Source: a virus. Taken from it: 6,059 bases of DNA. A program made the position numbers and the translations under genes. This document shows positions 5,198 through 6,059 of the stretch, piece after piece; the stretch's first letter is position 1; every line of letters starts with the position of its first letter. The notes under the pieces are model-generated. The model had not been told where the DNA came from, did no database searches, and saw only the letters and a program-made list of their open reading frames with translations. The DNA lies in the IMG/VR virus record IMGVR_UViG_3300020029_000043, positions 1-6,059 of that record. One strand, 5' to 3'.

Positions 5198-6059
5198 TTA
5201 ACGATTAGACAAACGGGTTGCAAACGTCTTATTTACTAAATTCTTCTTTTGAACAGAATACGAAAGATTGACAAAGAAGTTATCTTCCAGATTGGAGGCA
5301 AACGGAGAGTTTACTTGACCCATATCCACGAACAAAAGGGAATAATACTGATTATAGCTAGCCGACAGAACACGCTGTTGAACCCAATAAGAATAAAGAG
5401 GGATATTGTTAGAGGCTTTTTGGAATCGAGACAGTTGACCAAGAACTTCATCAAACGAGGACCGAAACTCATTGAAACACGGTTCGTAGGCCACAGCTTC
5501 GGAGGCTGAGGTGGTTCCGAATCCAAATTGGAATCCGGGAACATCCTGATATCCAATATCATTATAAATAGGATTAAAATAATCGGCACCAGTATAATGG
5601 AGATAGTCAGGGTAAACACCTGCCCAATAGTAGACGGGGCGAATGCTCAGCATATCAATCATATAGCCAGGTTCGCGGAAATAATAAGACTGACGACGAC
5701 CAAGACGATCGTTGAATGCGATAGCACCACCCTGCTGTCCAAGGGGACCATTAACGCCATCACTAGAGAAATTATTTTGTCCAGCCTGATTCATAACAAT
5801 CTGAACATTGACAGTCTGCGAAGCGCTAAAGAGAAGCTTAGGACGGTCTACATGCTCGATTTTAGAAGCAAAAAAGGTCTCCAACCAATCACTATAACGA
5901 GAACCCCCAGCGCCAAGCAGGTCCTTGTATTCCTGAAGCCGCGAAGCAATAGCCAGCTGCGGTATGGTCGAGACGCCGGACATGGAGACGCCTTCGGAGC
6001 TACCAACAGGAAGCAATCGACTATAGCGGTCAGGATTCGAAGGTATAACGGCCATCGGA
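5198..6059 (-). CDS. VP1: Major capsid protein (F/VP1 family), C-terminal part; 5939-6059 duplicates 1-121
   Basis: The track ORF 5198-6055 starts at an internal Met only because the window ends. The frame is open to the edge and is contiguous with 1-1050 on the circle. The full gene is 1050..1 plus 5938..5198, which is 1,791 nt or 596 aa plus a TAA stop. That size is typical for a non-Bullavirinae capsid protein. Confidence 0.93.
   Translation of the reverse strand, partial: PMAVIPSNPDRYSRLLPVGSSEGVSMSGVSTIPQLAIASRLQEYKDLLGAGGSRYSDWLETFFASKIEHVDRPKLLFSASQTVNVQIVMNQAGQNNFSSDGVNGPLGQQGGAIAFNDRLGRRQSYYFREPGYMIDMLSIRPVYYWAGVYPDYLHYTGADYFNPIYNDIGYQDVPGFQFGFGTTSASEAVAYEPCFNEFRSSFDEVLGQLSRFQKASNNIPLYSYWVQQRVLSASYNQYYSLLFVDMGQVNSPFASNLEDNFFVNLSYSVQKKNLVNKTFATRLSNR
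5939..6059. repeat. Terminal redundancy (right copy), identical to 1-121
   Basis: Same as the left copy. Position 5939 corresponds to position 1. Confidence 0.97.

Larger units (their letters stand above)
1..5938 (-). other. Complete circular Microviridae (ssDNA phage) genome unit, 5,938 nt, outside the phiX-like Bullavirinae by gene content and order
   Basis: An exact 121-nt direct repeat at both window ends closes the circle. The gene set is an F-type capsid protein, an HUH Rep with a YxxKYxxK motif, a VP2-like pilot protein and several small ORFs, all on one strand and tightly packed. Size is typical of gokusho-/alpa-like microviruses. Confidence 0.9.

Overview
The window is one complete circular Microviridae (small ssDNA phage) genome, linearised with a 121-nt terminal redundancy: 1-121 is identical to 5939-6059, so the unit length is 5,938 nt. 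All credible genes lie on the minus strand. In transcription order they are ORF109, ORF107, a 220-nt noncoding G+C-rich island with a very strong hairpin, ORF66, the HUH rolling-circle Rep (VP4-like), the F-type major capsid protein (VP1-like, split across the window ends), an acidic 98-aa ORF, a second structured intergenic element, a 63-aa predicted lipoprotein, and a VP2-like pilot/minor capsid protein. No rRNA, tRNA, CRISPR array, integrase or transposase is visible. Second-look items: (a) the miniature lipoprotein translationally coupled to VP2, a candidate lysis or exclusion factor; (b) two intergenic hairpin elements that share sequence words, candidate origin, packaging or terminator elements; (c) a two-gene accessory module with no recognisable family; (d) a TAATG stop/start junction that probably moves the Rep start. 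Family calls rest on motifs I read in the translations, not on database searches.
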